A DNA stretch of 64,000 nt from NCBI GenBank assembly GCA_947643405.1, contig CANRVY010000001.1:31852-95851 (forward strand), in the 5' to 3' direction. This document shows, piece by piece, positions 10,289 to 20,273 of the stretch (positions are counted from its first letter, which is position 1; the number at the start of each line of letters is the position of its first letter). Source of the stretch: an uncultured Mycoplasmatota bacterium (GTDB lineage Bacteria > Bacillota_I > Bacilli_A > RF39 > UBA660). The notes under the pieces are model-generated. The model saw only the letters and a program-made list of their open reading frames with translations, was not told the DNA's origin and did no database searches. Both the position numbers and the translations under genes were made by a program.

Positions 10289-11254
10289 TTAATCTAAAAC
10301 TTTTCCTACTAAAGCTTCTCTGTTTTCGACTCCATGAACAAAGTCTATTGCTTTCATTCTCGTTTTTCCTTCTAATTGCACTTCCGTAAAAACGACTTCT
10401 CCGTTGCTTACTTTTACTCCAAATCCATCTTTATAAATTGCAGTTATTTGACCATCAAACATTTCAGGAAAATAATTTTCTGTAATGTAACTTTTCCAAA
10501 TTTTCAAAATTTTTCCTTCATATAAACAATAAGCTCCAGGCCAACTATATAAACCACGAATTAAATTATGAACTTGACGTTTTGTTTTACTAAAACTAAT
10601 TCTTTCATCAACTCTTCTAATTACAAAACCATAAGTTGCTTCACTACTATCCTGCTTTGTTCTAGTGTTTGTCCCTGCTATTATAGATGGCAATGTTTCT
10701 AAGAGTAAATCTCTACCTAATATTGATAATTTATTATGTAATGAAGATGCTGTATCAGTTGCCTCAATGGCGATACTTTTTTGTGAAATAATATCCCCTT
10801 CGTCCATTCCTTCACTCATATACATGATAGTTACTCCTGTTTGGGTAGCTCCTTCCATAATAGCTCTATGAATTGGGGCACCTCCCCGGAATTTTGGTAG
10901 TAAAGAAGCATGTACATTGATACATCCGAGTCTTGGAACTTTTAATAATTCAGATGGTAAAATTTGACCATATGCACAAGTAATAATCAAGTCTGGCTGT
11001 AATACTCTTATTTCTTCTACAGCATCTTTGATGCTATTTGGCTGTAATACCAATACCGTTTTCTCCAGTCCTACTTTTTTTATAGGAGAAAAGATTATTT
11101 TATTTTCTCTTCCTACTTTTTTATCTGGTTGTGTAATAATGGCTCTTACTTGGTAATTTTCTAATATACCGTTTAAGATTGGAACTGCAAATTCAGGAGT
11201 TCCCATAAAGACAATCTTGACTTCTTTTTCAACATTCACTTTTTCTAAATCCAT
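10289..11254 (-). CDS. fmt: Methionyl-tRNA formyltransferase.
   Basis: KIVFMGTPEFAVPIL is the N-terminus. The SLLP motif (HASLLPKFRGGAPI) is present. Confidence 0.9.
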   Translation of the reverse strand: MDLEKVNVEKEVKIVFMGTPEFAVPILNGILENYQVRAIITQPDKKVGRENKIIFSPIKKVGLEKTVLVLQPNSIKDAVEEIRVLQPDLIITCAYGQILPSELLKVPRLGCINVHASLLPKFRGGAPIHRAIMEGATQTGVTIMYMSEGMDEGDIISQKSIAIEATDTASSLHNKLSILGRDLLLETLPSIIAGTNTRTKQDSSEATYGFVIRRVDERISFSKTKRQVHNLIRGLYSWPGAYCLYEGKILKIWKSYITENYFPEMFDGQITAIYKDGFGVKVSNGEVVFTEVQLEGKTRMKAIDFVHGVENREALVGKVLD

Positions 11255-11295
11255 ATTATCACCTTTCTCATTTTACCACAATTTATCAAAAAGTA

Positions 11296-13467
11296 CTATA
11301 AGCGAATCGGATTTAACTCAATTTCGACTTGTACTTTTTTATTCGTTCGGTATTTTTCATAAATGAATTTTAAAGTTTCTATAATATCTGTAGTTTTCTT
11401 AAACTTTAGTATAATCTGAATATAATAAATGTTATTTACTTTTGGCATAATGGCATTACTAGGACCTAAGAGAATTACTTTGTCTCCAATCGTTTTTTTT
11501 AAATAGGTTGCTATTTTGTTGGCTTCTTCTTCACAAGCAACATAATCACTTCCATGAATTTCTATTAACCCTAAGTTAAAATATGGGGGATAAGATAATT
11601 TCTTTCTAATTTTCATTTCTTCTTCATAAAAACCTTCATAATCATGATTTTTTGCTTTTAAAATACTATAATGATCCAAGTTAAATCCTTCAATAATAAC
11701 GGTTCCTTCTAAGTCTTTTCTTCCAGCTCTTCCTGCTACTTGACTTAAAAGAGCAAACGTTCTCTCTCCACTTCTAAAATCTGGAACATTTAAAGAGGCA
11801 TCTCCATTCATAACCCCTACAACTGTAACACGTGGGAAATCAAGGCCTTTGGCAATCATTTGTGTTCCAATTAAAATATCATACTCTCCATTTCTAAAGG
11901 CTTCTGTTATTTTTTCATGAGCCCCTTTTTTAGAAGTTGTATCAACATCCATTCGAATAATTCGAGCATTTGGAAATTTTAACTTCGTTTCTTCTTCTAA
12001 TCGTTCTGTTCCAAGTCCAAAAGTAGAAATCTCTTTGCTTTTACATTCTGGACAGCTTTCCATAATATATTTTGTATAATTACAATAATGACATTTTAAT
12101 CGATTTAGCGATTTATGGTATACAAGTGGTATATCACAATTTGGGCATTTTTCTACATATCCACAAGCTTTACAACTCATGATCGTTGAAAATCCCCTTC
12201 GGTTTAATAACAAAATAATTTGTTCTTTTTTTTCTAAGGCTTCATTTATTTTTTGAGTCAAAAATTCCCCAAATATACGATTACCACGTCTTATTTCATA
12301 TTTCATATCAACCAGATGAACTTCTGGTAAATGTTTTGAAATTCTTGTTTTCAATGTCAATAATTTATAAATCCCACTTTTAGCCCTTGTATAACTTTCC
12401 AAAGACGGGGTTGCACTTCCTAATACAATCGGACAATGATGATACTTGGCTCTCCAAAGAGCAATATCTATGGCGCTATATTTAGGAGTATTTTCTTGTT
12501 TATACGTTTCTGTATGTTCTTCATCAATTACAATCATTCCTAAATTTGTAAAAGGGGCGAATATTGCACTTCTAGCCCCAATTACAATGGAAACCTCTTT
12601 GCGTTCTATTTTTCTCCATTCATCATATTTTTCACCATTGCTAAGACGAGAATGCAATATTGCGATTTTATTTCCAAATCGATTTCTAAACAAGGTGACG
12701 ATCTGTGGAGTCAAGCTAATTTCTGGAACAAGTACAATCGCTTCTTTTTGATCTTTTAAAATTTCTTCTATGATATGCATATAAACTTCTGTTTTTCCGC
12801 TTCCTGTTACTCCATGAAGTAAAAAAGGAGAAAAAATATTTTTATTTTTTAACACTTTTTTTACAACTATCTGTTGTTCTTCATTCAGCATTATTCTTTG
12901 TGTTTCTCTATGATCTGCTTCTTTTAAACGATACGTTTCTTCTTTGATCTCTTTTAAAATATTTTGTTTTAATAATGTATTTAAGGCATATAAAGAAATA
13001 TCAGAGCATTCTTTTTTCGTTACTTTTGTATTTTTCATAACAAAATCTATAATTTGCTGTTGTTTTTCACTTTTCACTTCTATTTCTTTATTCAATACGA
13101 TATAAGATTCATATTTTTTAGAAATTGTTGTTCCACTTTTTGCTTTTAATGCGGTTGGCAACATTGTTTGATAAGCAGAAATTAAATTGCACAATGTTTT
13201 TTTTGAAATATAGTTTCCTAATTCTAATAATTCTTTATTCAGTACAGGATATTCGTCTACTGCCTGTGTTACTTTTTTTAAAGCATATTGTGGCTGTTCT
13301 TGTAACTGATATTTTTTTAGTACAAAGCCTTCTAAATTTCTATTATTGAAAGGAACTAAAATTCTAGAACCAATCATTACTATTTTTTCTAATTCAGGAG
13401 GAAGCAAATAAGTAAAAGTTTGAACGATCTGTCGAGCTTTAATTTCAATCAGTACATCTACTACCAT
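11296..13467 (-). CDS. priA: Primosomal protein N' (replication restart helicase PriA).
   Basis: Walker A GVTGSGKTEVY and a DEEH box are present. Cys4 zinc-binding region (CKACGYVEKCPNCD...CHYC). The protein is 723 aa. Confidence 0.9.
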   Translation of the reverse strand: MVVDVLIEIKARQIVQTFTYLLPPELEKIVMIGSRILVPFNNRNLEGFVLKKYQLQEQPQYALKKVTQAVDEYPVLNKELLELGNYISKKTLCNLISAYQTMLPTALKAKSGTTISKKYESYIVLNKEIEVKSEKQQQIIDFVMKNTKVTKKECSDISLYALNTLLKQNILKEIKEETYRLKEADHRETQRIMLNEEQQIVVKKVLKNKNIFSPFLLHGVTGSGKTEVYMHIIEEILKDQKEAIVLVPEISLTPQIVTLFRNRFGNKIAILHSRLSNGEKYDEWRKIERKEVSIVIGARSAIFAPFTNLGMIVIDEEHTETYKQENTPKYSAIDIALWRAKYHHCPIVLGSATPSLESYTRAKSGIYKLLTLKTRISKHLPEVHLVDMKYEIRRGNRIFGEFLTQKINEALEKKEQIILLLNRRGFSTIMSCKACGYVEKCPNCDIPLVYHKSLNRLKCHYCNYTKYIMESCPECKSKEISTFGLGTERLEEETKLKFPNARIIRMDVDTTSKKGAHEKITEAFRNGEYDILIGTQMIAKGLDFPRVTVVGVMNGDASLNVPDFRSGERTFALLSQVAGRAGRKDLEGTVIIEGFNLDHYSILKAKNHDYEGFYEEEMKIRKKLSYPPYFNLGLIEIHGSDYVACEEEANKIATYLKKTIGDKVILLGPSNAIMPKVNNIYYIQIILKFKKTTDIIETLKFIYEKYRTNKKVQVEIELNPIRL

Positions 13468-13532
13468 AAAAATCCTCCATTCTTAAAATATTATAGCAAA
13501 CATTTGTTTTTGTGTAAAGAAAAAAAGAGCAT

Positions 13533-14120
13533 CTATACTCTTTGTTTATACCCAGCTTTTTTTACAACTAGATCATCTTCTAATAATAGTCCTAAAATCT
13601 TTCGATGAATAGAATCAACAGTATCATAATACTCCTGATCACTTTTTCCTGGTTTTGGCATAATTCCATGATACCATAAAAGAATCTGTCTTTCATCTGG
13701 CGTTAACCTCCACATAATGATATCTTTTGCCCATTGCCTTAATATTCCATGGCGTTTTCCAAACAATGCAGGATTGGTAGATTGATATTCCATCCATCTG
13801 GCAATAGAACTTGCTAAACATTCCCAATCATTTTCCCTCATTCCAGTTTTTGAGTCAACAACAGTTGTTTTTTGTTTCAAAATGATACATCTTAATTTAC
13901 AAAATGCTTCTTTCTCAATTTTATTTATCCAATCATTAGATAATCCCAAAGCTTGCGCAATTTCTGATGTTTTCATTAATTCATAATATTTCATTCTGAT
14001 AACGTCTATTTCTCTTTGTGTAAGTTTTGAAATTGCCTCTTTCTCCATTTCACTTCTATCAACCAATAAATGTATCATTCTATCTTCAAATGTATTTGGT
14101 ATATAACCTACACTTGGCAT
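13533..14120 (-). CDS. Protein with an N-terminal sigma-70 region 4-like helix-turn-helix domain and an unknown C-terminal domain.
   Basis: LTQREIDVIRMKYYELMKTSEIAQALGLSNDWINKIEKEAFCKLR resembles a sigma region 4 helix-turn-helix. It sits at the N-terminus, which is atypical. Confidence 0.4.
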   Translation of the reverse strand: MPSVGYIPNTFEDRMIHLLVDRSEMEKEAISKLTQREIDVIRMKYYELMKTSEIAQALGLSNDWINKIEKEAFCKLRCIILKQKTTVVDSKTGMRENDWECLASSIARWMEYQSTNPALFGKRHGILRQWAKDIIMWRLTPDERQILLWYHGIMPKPGKSDQEYYDTVDSIHRKILGLLLEDDLVVKKAGYKQRV

Positions 14121-14181
14121 AAAAAAACCCCCTTTTTTATTGGGGTTTATACTATCATGTTTAGATTATTTTGTCAAATTC

Positions 14182-15471
14182 CTATTCACTTTTCAACGCA
14201 TCCATTGCTGCACGCATTTCAAGATCATATTTCACCATATCTAAGCCACCAAATAATTTTAAGAATTCTTCTTTCTTCATTTGGTATTTTTCTGCTAATT
14301 TAGTTGCTTCTTCTTCTGCTTGTTCCTCTGTTATTTTAATATTTTCTGCTGTTGCAATTTCTTCTAACATTAATCTAAATGTAATGCGTTTTACTGCTTC
14401 TTCATGCATTTGATCCTTTAAAGCTTGTTCATCAGAATTCGTAAATTGATAAAATTGTTCTAAAGTGATTCCTTGCATTTTTAAGTTTTCTTCGTATTGT
14501 TTAATCATACGTTTCTTTTCTTCTTCGACCATAACATCTGGAATATCAATCGTTACATTTTTAGCGGCTGCTTCTAATAATTCATCTACATATTTATTAT
14601 CAGCATCTGCTTCTTTATGAGTTAAAATATTTTCTTTTACTTGAGCTTCTAATTTTTCTAGAGTGTCAATTCCTTCCATACCTAAATCCTCGAAGAACTC
14701 ATCATTAATCTCTGGAACTTTCACTTCTTTTACTTCGTGTAATGTTACTTTAAATACTACTGGTGCCCCCTTTAAATCTTCACTATGATAATCTTCTGGG
14801 AAAGTTACATTAATCTCCTTAACTTCTCCTGATTTCATTCCAATTAATTGTTCTTCAAATCCAGGAATAAATGTTCCACTTCCAATTGTTAATGAATAAT
14901 TCTCTGCTTTTCCACCTTCGAAAGCAACTCCATCTTTGAAACCTTCAAAATCAATTACTACAATATCGCCATTTGATACTGCACCATCTTTTAAAACATT
15001 TTCAGCATATCTTTCTCTCATATGTCCAATAGCATGTTCTACTTCTTCTTTTGTAACTTCTACTTTTTCTTTTTTTACACCAAGTCCTTTATATTTTCCT
15101 AATTTTACTTCTGGTCTAAGTGTTAGAGTAAATTTAAACTCAATTCCTTCGTCATTTACATCAGATAAAGCAATATCAGGTTCTGCTACAATTCTAACAT
15201 CTTTTTGATCTTCAAATGCCTTAATATATGCTTGTTCTAAACATAAATCTGCTGCATCCATGTATAAAGAAGATTTTCCATATTTTTTTAGAAACAATTC
15301 TTTTGGAGCATGACCCTGACGAAAACCATCAATTTTCACTTTCTTACTTGCTTTTTCATATGCTTTATTTAAAGCTTCTTCCCATTCTTTTCCTTCTATT
15401 TTAACAGTAATTTCTTTTATATTTTTATTTGCTGTTGCTTCACTTTTTTTACTCATACTTTTTTCCTCCAA
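14182..15471 (-). CDS. tig: Trigger factor.
   Basis: The GFRQGHAP ribosome-binding signature (GFRxGxxP) is present. 429 aa. Confidence 0.9.
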   Translation of the reverse strand: MEEKSMSKKSEATANKNIKEITVKIEGKEWEEALNKAYEKASKKVKIDGFRQGHAPKELFLKKYGKSSLYMDAADLCLEQAYIKAFEDQKDVRIVAEPDIALSDVNDEGIEFKFTLTLRPEVKLGKYKGLGVKKEKVEVTKEEVEHAIGHMRERYAENVLKDGAVSNGDIVVIDFEGFKDGVAFEGGKAENYSLTIGSGTFIPGFEEQLIGMKSGEVKEINVTFPEDYHSEDLKGAPVVFKVTLHEVKEVKVPEINDEFFEDLGMEGIDTLEKLEAQVKENILTHKEADADNKYVDELLEAAAKNVTIDIPDVMVEEEKKRMIKQYEENLKMQGITLEQFYQFTNSDEQALKDQMHEEAVKRITFRLMLEEIATAENIKITEEQAEEEATKLAEKYQMKKEEFLKLFGGLDMVKYDLEMRAAMDALKSE

Positions 15472-15553
15472 TTCATGTTACTAGTATATCTTATTTTTCT
15501 TAATAATTCAACACTTTTCCTTTTTTTAAAACTGAAAAAAGCACTGGGTGCTT

Positions 15554-16024
15554 TTACATAATTTCTACAACCTTAACGTCATATTTTCCATTTGGACTTT
15601 CTACAGATACAATATCCCCAACATGAAGACCTAAAATTGCACTTGCAATTGGTGATTCATTAGAAATTTTGTTTTGGAATGGATCTGCTTCTTTACTTCC
15701 AACAATTGTATATTCTTCTGTTTCTTTATCTTCTACATATTCTATTTTTACTTTTGATCCAATTGCTACTTGATCAGTTTTTACATCACTAATAACAATT
15801 GCATTTTCTATCATTGCTTCTAGTTCTTGAATCTTACTTTCTACAATAGCTTGTTCTGTACGAGCTGCATCATATTCAGCATTTTCGCTTAAATCTCCTA
15901 AAGCACGAGCATCTTTTAATGCGTTGATTACTTCTGGTCTTTTCTCTAATTTTAGATACTCTAACTCTTTTTGCATTTCTTCAAGGCCTGCTTTTGTTAA
16001 ATAAATTTCTTTTGTATTTGACAT
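15554..16024 (-). CDS. greA: Transcription elongation factor GreA.
   Basis: 156 aa with an N-terminal coiled coil and a C-terminal FKBP-like domain. Confidence 0.9.
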   Translation of the reverse strand: MSNTKEIYLTKAGLEEMQKELEYLKLEKRPEVINALKDARALGDLSENAEYDAARTEQAIVESKIQELEAMIENAIVISDVKTDQVAIGSKVKIEYVEDKETEEYTIVGSKEADPFQNKISNESPIASAILGLHVGDIVSVESPNGKYDVKVVEIM

Positions 16025-16107
16025 TTTATTTCACCTCAAAATTAATTTTTCTTTTAAATCTATCAAATAATACTACAGTTTTTTTCTTTTGTCAACTTTC
16101 TTTTGTA

Positions 16108-17298
16108 TTATTTTTTAATTCTCATGAAATCATTTGGGTACAAAGGTTTATTCACTTTTACTTTTACAACTTGCTTTGGATGTCTTACTATATCTATAGT
16201 TTCCCCTGTTTCATCTATGATTTCTTCTATTTTCATCTGAAAAGTATCAATGTTTGGTCCAAAGAATTCTACCATATCTCCAACTTTAAAATAGTTGCGC
16301 TCTTCTATTACTGCATATCCATCTTGATAATCCAAGATAAGACCTAGGAAATCCTGATTCGATATTTCTACACGTCCGTTATAGTATTGACATTCTACTC
16401 CTTCGCTCCCATCAAAAAATTGAGGTACTGAATCTCTATTGGCACAATTTGCGAGTACTTTTTCATACTCCTTATTATATTCATAATTTTCTTTTTGTTG
16501 CATGTACTCGTCAATTACTTTTCTATAAATATCGACAACAGTTGCAATATAATAAATAGAACGCATTCTTCCTTCTATTTTAAAAGATGTTATTCCGATA
16601 TCTATCATATCTGGAATATAAGCAAGTAAAGATAAATCTTTGGTACAGAAAGTAAAGGGTTTCTCTCCTATCAACGCTTTTCCACCTTTATCTAGTAAAT
16701 CAAAATCCCATCTACATATTTGACTACAACCACCACGATTAGAATCTCTTGCTGTTAAAAAATTAGATAGTACACATCTTCCACTATAAGAAGCACACAT
16801 AGCTCCATGAATAAAACATTCAATTTCAATATCTACATGTTTTTTTATTTCCATGATTTCTTCGCTGGTTGTTTCCCTTCCAAGAACAATTCTCGTAATT
16901 CCTTCTTCTTTCCAAAATTTTACAGCCTCATAATTTAATGTGGATTGCTGTGTTGATAAATGAAGTTCTAAATTGGTATTTTCTTTGGCCAAAGAAATAA
17001 TAGCTGGATCACTAATAATGATAGCATCTATACCGATCTGATCTAATTCTTTTAAATAGTTTGTTAAAGCGTTTAATTCTGAAGTATGGAGTGCAATATT
17101 GACAGTTACATATACTTTTTTATGTAAATTATGAGCAAACTCTACCCCTTCTTTTAATTCCTTTAATGTAAAGTTAGAGGCATTGGCTCTAAGTCCAAAC
17201 ATGGTACCACCCAAATAAACTGCATCAGCTCCATAAAGAAGGGCAAATTTAAGCTTTTCTAAACTTCCAGCAGGCGCTAATAATTCTGGCTTATTCAT
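16108..17298 (-). CDS. Peptidase U32 family protein (YrrO/TrhP-like, tRNA ho5U34 hydroxylation family).
   Basis: PELLAPAGSLEKLKFALLYGADAVYLGG is the U32 N-terminus. The Cys-rich segment is CxxxxGRCxxxxxxxxxxxxxGGCxQxC. The gene is syntenic with B. subtilis yrrNO. Confidence 0.8.
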   Translation of the reverse strand: MNKPELLAPAGSLEKLKFALLYGADAVYLGGTMFGLRANASNFTLKELKEGVEFAHNLHKKVYVTVNIALHTSELNALTNYLKELDQIGIDAIIISDPAIISLAKENTNLELHLSTQQSTLNYEAVKFWKEEGITRIVLGRETTSEEIMEIKKHVDIEIECFIHGAMCASYSGRCVLSNFLTARDSNRGGCSQICRWDFDLLDKGGKALIGEKPFTFCTKDLSLLAYIPDMIDIGITSFKIEGRMRSIYYIATVVDIYRKVIDEYMQQKENYEYNKEYEKVLANCANRDSVPQFFDGSEGVECQYYNGRVEISNQDFLGLILDYQDGYAVIEERNYFKVGDMVEFFGPNIDTFQMKIEEIIDETGETIDIVRHPKQVVKVKVNKPLYPNDFMRIKK

Positions 17299-18173
17299 TC
17301 TTTTTCCCCCTTTATTTTATATATAGTTTCTGTATATAAGAACCCTTTGTCTACATTTTGTCTACATAACTCATTGACACTACTTTCTACTTGTTCCTTA
17401 TTTCCTTCTGTCAAGTTTTGTAACAAACTTACAATTTGACAAAAGACATTTTCTTCTATCAAAAAGCTATTTAAAATAGCATATTCAATTCCCATTCGTT
17501 CTAATTCTAATATTTCTGTGATAGCGTTTAAAATGTGGGCTGAATAAACAACAGTTCCATTGTTATCATCTATAATTGGATAAGTTTTTCCTTCTTTTTC
17601 TAAATAATATAAATTGCCATTTTCTTCTAATCCAAAACATTCTAAGTAATTTTTTACTAGATGTCTTTTAGAATCAAACATTGGAAGGTAACCAAAAACA
17701 TTTACAAACAAAGAAACATCTGTATTTTTTCTTATTTCTTTAATTTCTTCTAATGTAATCTCACTTGATAAATAAGTACCTTTTACTCCGTGAGATGCCC
17801 AGAAATTACAAGTACCTGCATTCGTTGTTAAGTGCTCTTGGCTCCAAATCAAAGGATAAGTTATTTGTAGTTCTTTTTTTAATCTTACAATACTAATATC
17901 ATAATAAAAAACTCCATCTATGGGATATTTTTCTAATTCTAGCATTGTTTTTTTTAAGCTTTCCAAATCTTTATTATGCATATTTTTATTTAACATAATA
18001 AAAACTTTTTTTCCTTCTTCTTTTAATTTTTTATACTCATTTAAATCTTCTATTGAAATATAAAAAGGCATGTTTACACTTAAATTTTGAATGCCTAAAA
18101 TAACTCCATCTGTTAAAATTTTCTCCGATTTTTTACTTGGTATTGTCAATATTTTCATACTATCACATCCCAT
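17295..18173 (-). CDS. Peptidase U32 family protein (YrrN-like partner). The start is probably the internal MKILTIP.
   Basis: Overlaps the downstream U32 gene by 4 nt. Length and synteny match yrrN. Confidence 0.6.
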   Translation of the reverse strand: MGCDSMKILTIPSKKSEKILTDGVILGIQNLSVNMPFYISIEDLNEYKKLKEEGKKVFIMLNKNMHNKDLESLKKTMLELEKYPIDGVFYYDISIVRLKKELQITYPLIWSQEHLTTNAGTCNFWASHGVKGTYLSSEITLEEIKEIRKNTDVSLFVNVFGYLPMFDSKRHLVKNYLECFGLEENGNLYYLEKEGKTYPIIDDNNGTVVYSAHILNAITEILELERMGIEYAILNSFLIEENVFCQIVSLLQNLTEGNKEQVESSVNELCRQNVDKGFLYTETIYKIKGEKE

Positions 18174-18249
18174 CGTATTATAGCAAAAATGTGTTGAAAT
18201 AGCAAAAAAAAATACAGAACTTTAGGAGTTTTATCTAAAATCTGTATTT

Positions 18250-19677
18250 TTAAAACATTTTTGGTTTTACATTATCTTCTAATACTTTTTTTATCTCATT
18301 GTTACTAAAATCAATGATCGTACTAGTTCCATCTAAATTTCTATTCTGAGATTGTAATCCTACATAATAGGAAAGAACATCGGCTAAATAATATGGATTC
18401 CCATAAGTCGCATGTTTCCAAACATATTTGGCCTTGGCTTCTGCAATAATTGCTGGATCTGTTTCATCTAAATCAATCATAACACGATAATAATAGTTAT
18501 TTGGATTTTGGTGAGCATCTTTCACAATAGCCAACCATCCCAAATCGTCAATGTTATTTTTTACTTCTTCTTCCGTTATTCCCATCTGTTTGGCATAATC
18601 ATGTATAATGACACGCATCATTCCCTGTCCATAATTATAAGATTGAAGCGCTAAATAAGGATTTCCATTATATAAATCAATTCTATTTTGCAAACACATC
18701 GCTGCTGCTTGAGAATTCAATTTAAAATTAGTTGCATTTTCCATAGTTATAGATAAGGAGTCTTCACTTTCTGTTTCATAATTCCAAGCTTTTACAATTC
18801 TTCCATCTGGAGATTCTAGTTGAAAAGCTCCTACTCCATATCCGTTATATCGATTTCCACCTGGACAACAAGCTTCATGTTCTAGATTTGATTCTGCCAG
18901 TCCTTTTGCAATTAATATATAAGGATCGATTCCATAAGAAATAGCTGTTTGACCAATAATTCGCCCCATTTCACTTTCAAAAATAGATTCTATTTTATTG
19001 CAATTGACTCTTGCACCTAACATAATTTTAGAACGATCATATCCATCATAATTTTCTTGTAGTTCTATTGTTTGTTCTAAACGATGAGAAAATTCGAAAA
19101 TATCAATAGTTTGTTCTTCTGGCTCTAGAGAAGAAATGGGATTAATTTCTGATAAGGATGCAATATCATTATCCTTTGAATCTTCTGTTAAATGCTCCAT
19201 CGCTAGAGAAACATCATCCTGTCCTTTTTGTATACGGGGATTCAAATTACCAGTTAATACATATGCCATACCTGACATTAATACAGTCCCAGCCAAAGCG
19301 AGGCTAGCTAATTTTATTTTATTGGCATATAAAATTCTTAATTGTAAGGTTTGTAGAGTATTAGTTTGTTCATTTCTTTTTAAATTTTCTGAAAGAATAG
19401 GAGTTCTATTTAATCTTCGAAATAATGTTTTTAAAATTGCTTCTTGTTGCAATTGCTTATAATCTTTTACAACAATAATATGATTATCAGCTGTATATAA
19501 AATTAAATCATTTTCACTTTTTTTTGCATTTATAAAATGAACTGCTTTTTTTAAAATATATTCTCGAATCGTCTCTTCTTTATTTGTTCTTCTGTAGGTT
19601 TCTCTGGATTTTCCCGCCTCTTTAATTTCTAAATATAATCCGTTTTCTGTAGCGCCAATATATGCAATATTTCTCAT
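18250..19677 (-). CDS. Membrane protein with a C-terminal lytic-transglycosylase-like domain.
   Basis: One transmembrane helix (LASLALAGTVLMSGMAYVL). The C-terminal region with AESNLEHEA resembles an SLT-domain catalytic Glu-Ser region. Confidence 0.4.
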   Translation of the reverse strand: MRNIAYIGATENGLYLEIKEAGKSRETYRRTNKEETIREYILKKAVHFINAKKSENDLILYTADNHIIVVKDYKQLQQEAILKTLFRRLNRTPILSENLKRNEQTNTLQTLQLRILYANKIKLASLALAGTVLMSGMAYVLTGNLNPRIQKGQDDVSLAMEHLTEDSKDNDIASLSEINPISSLEPEEQTIDIFEFSHRLEQTIELQENYDGYDRSKIMLGARVNCNKIESIFESEMGRIIGQTAISYGIDPYILIAKGLAESNLEHEACCPGGNRYNGYGVGAFQLESPDGRIVKAWNYETESEDSLSITMENATNFKLNSQAAAMCLQNRIDLYNGNPYLALQSYNYGQGMMRVIIHDYAKQMGITEEEVKNNIDDLGWLAIVKDAHQNPNNYYYRVMIDLDETDPAIIAEAKAKYVWKHATYGNPYYLADVLSYYVGLQSQNRNLDGTSTIIDFSNNEIKKVLEDNVKPKMF

Positions 19678-19688
19678 TTTTCACCACC

Positions 19689-20273
19689 TCACAATTTTTC
19701 ACTTATTCCAATTCCATCTCCCAATTCAATAAAAATTGTTTTAAACTCTTTATTTTCTTTTAAAAATTCAATATAATTTCTTATTTTTCCAACCATTTGA
19801 CGTAAATTTTTACTTTCTATTCTTGCCTCTTGTTTGGTATATCCATGAAAGTTCAAATTATCTGAGATGATTGCTCCACCACTTATTAAATTAGAAGAAA
19901 ATTTTTCAAAAAATCTTACATATTGACTTTTCGCCGCATCAATAAAAATTAAATCAAATTGTTCTTCTGTTTGAAAATCCATAATATCTTGATTGAATAC
20001 TTGTATTTGCTCTTGAAGATTAGCTTGTTTTATATTTTCGATCGCTTTTTGATAACGTTCTTGATCTCTTTCAATTGTCACAATTTGAATATCTTTTGAA
20101 ACAAGCGCCATTCTAATTGCAGAATATCCAATCGCAGTACCTAATTCAAGAATTTTCTTTATATGATGTTCTTTTATATAATTTTCTAAAAAACAAATTC
20201 CATCTGGTAGCATAATTGGAATTTTATTTTCTTTGGCATAATCTTCCATTTCTTCTATTAATATTCGTACCAT
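19689..20273 (-). CDS. SAM-dependent O-methyltransferase (YrrM/TrmR-like).
   Basis: Class I methyltransferase fold (ILELGTAIGYS). Synteny with B. subtilis yrrM. Confidence 0.75.
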   Translation of the reverse strand: MVRILIEEMEDYAKENKIPIMLPDGICFLENYIKEHHIKKILELGTAIGYSAIRMALVSKDIQIVTIERDQERYQKAIENIKQANLQEQIQVFNQDIMDFQTEEQFDLIFIDAAKSQYVRFFEKFSSNLISGGAIISDNLNFHGYTKQEARIESKNLRQMVGKIRNYIEFLKENKEFKTIFIELGDGIGISEKL

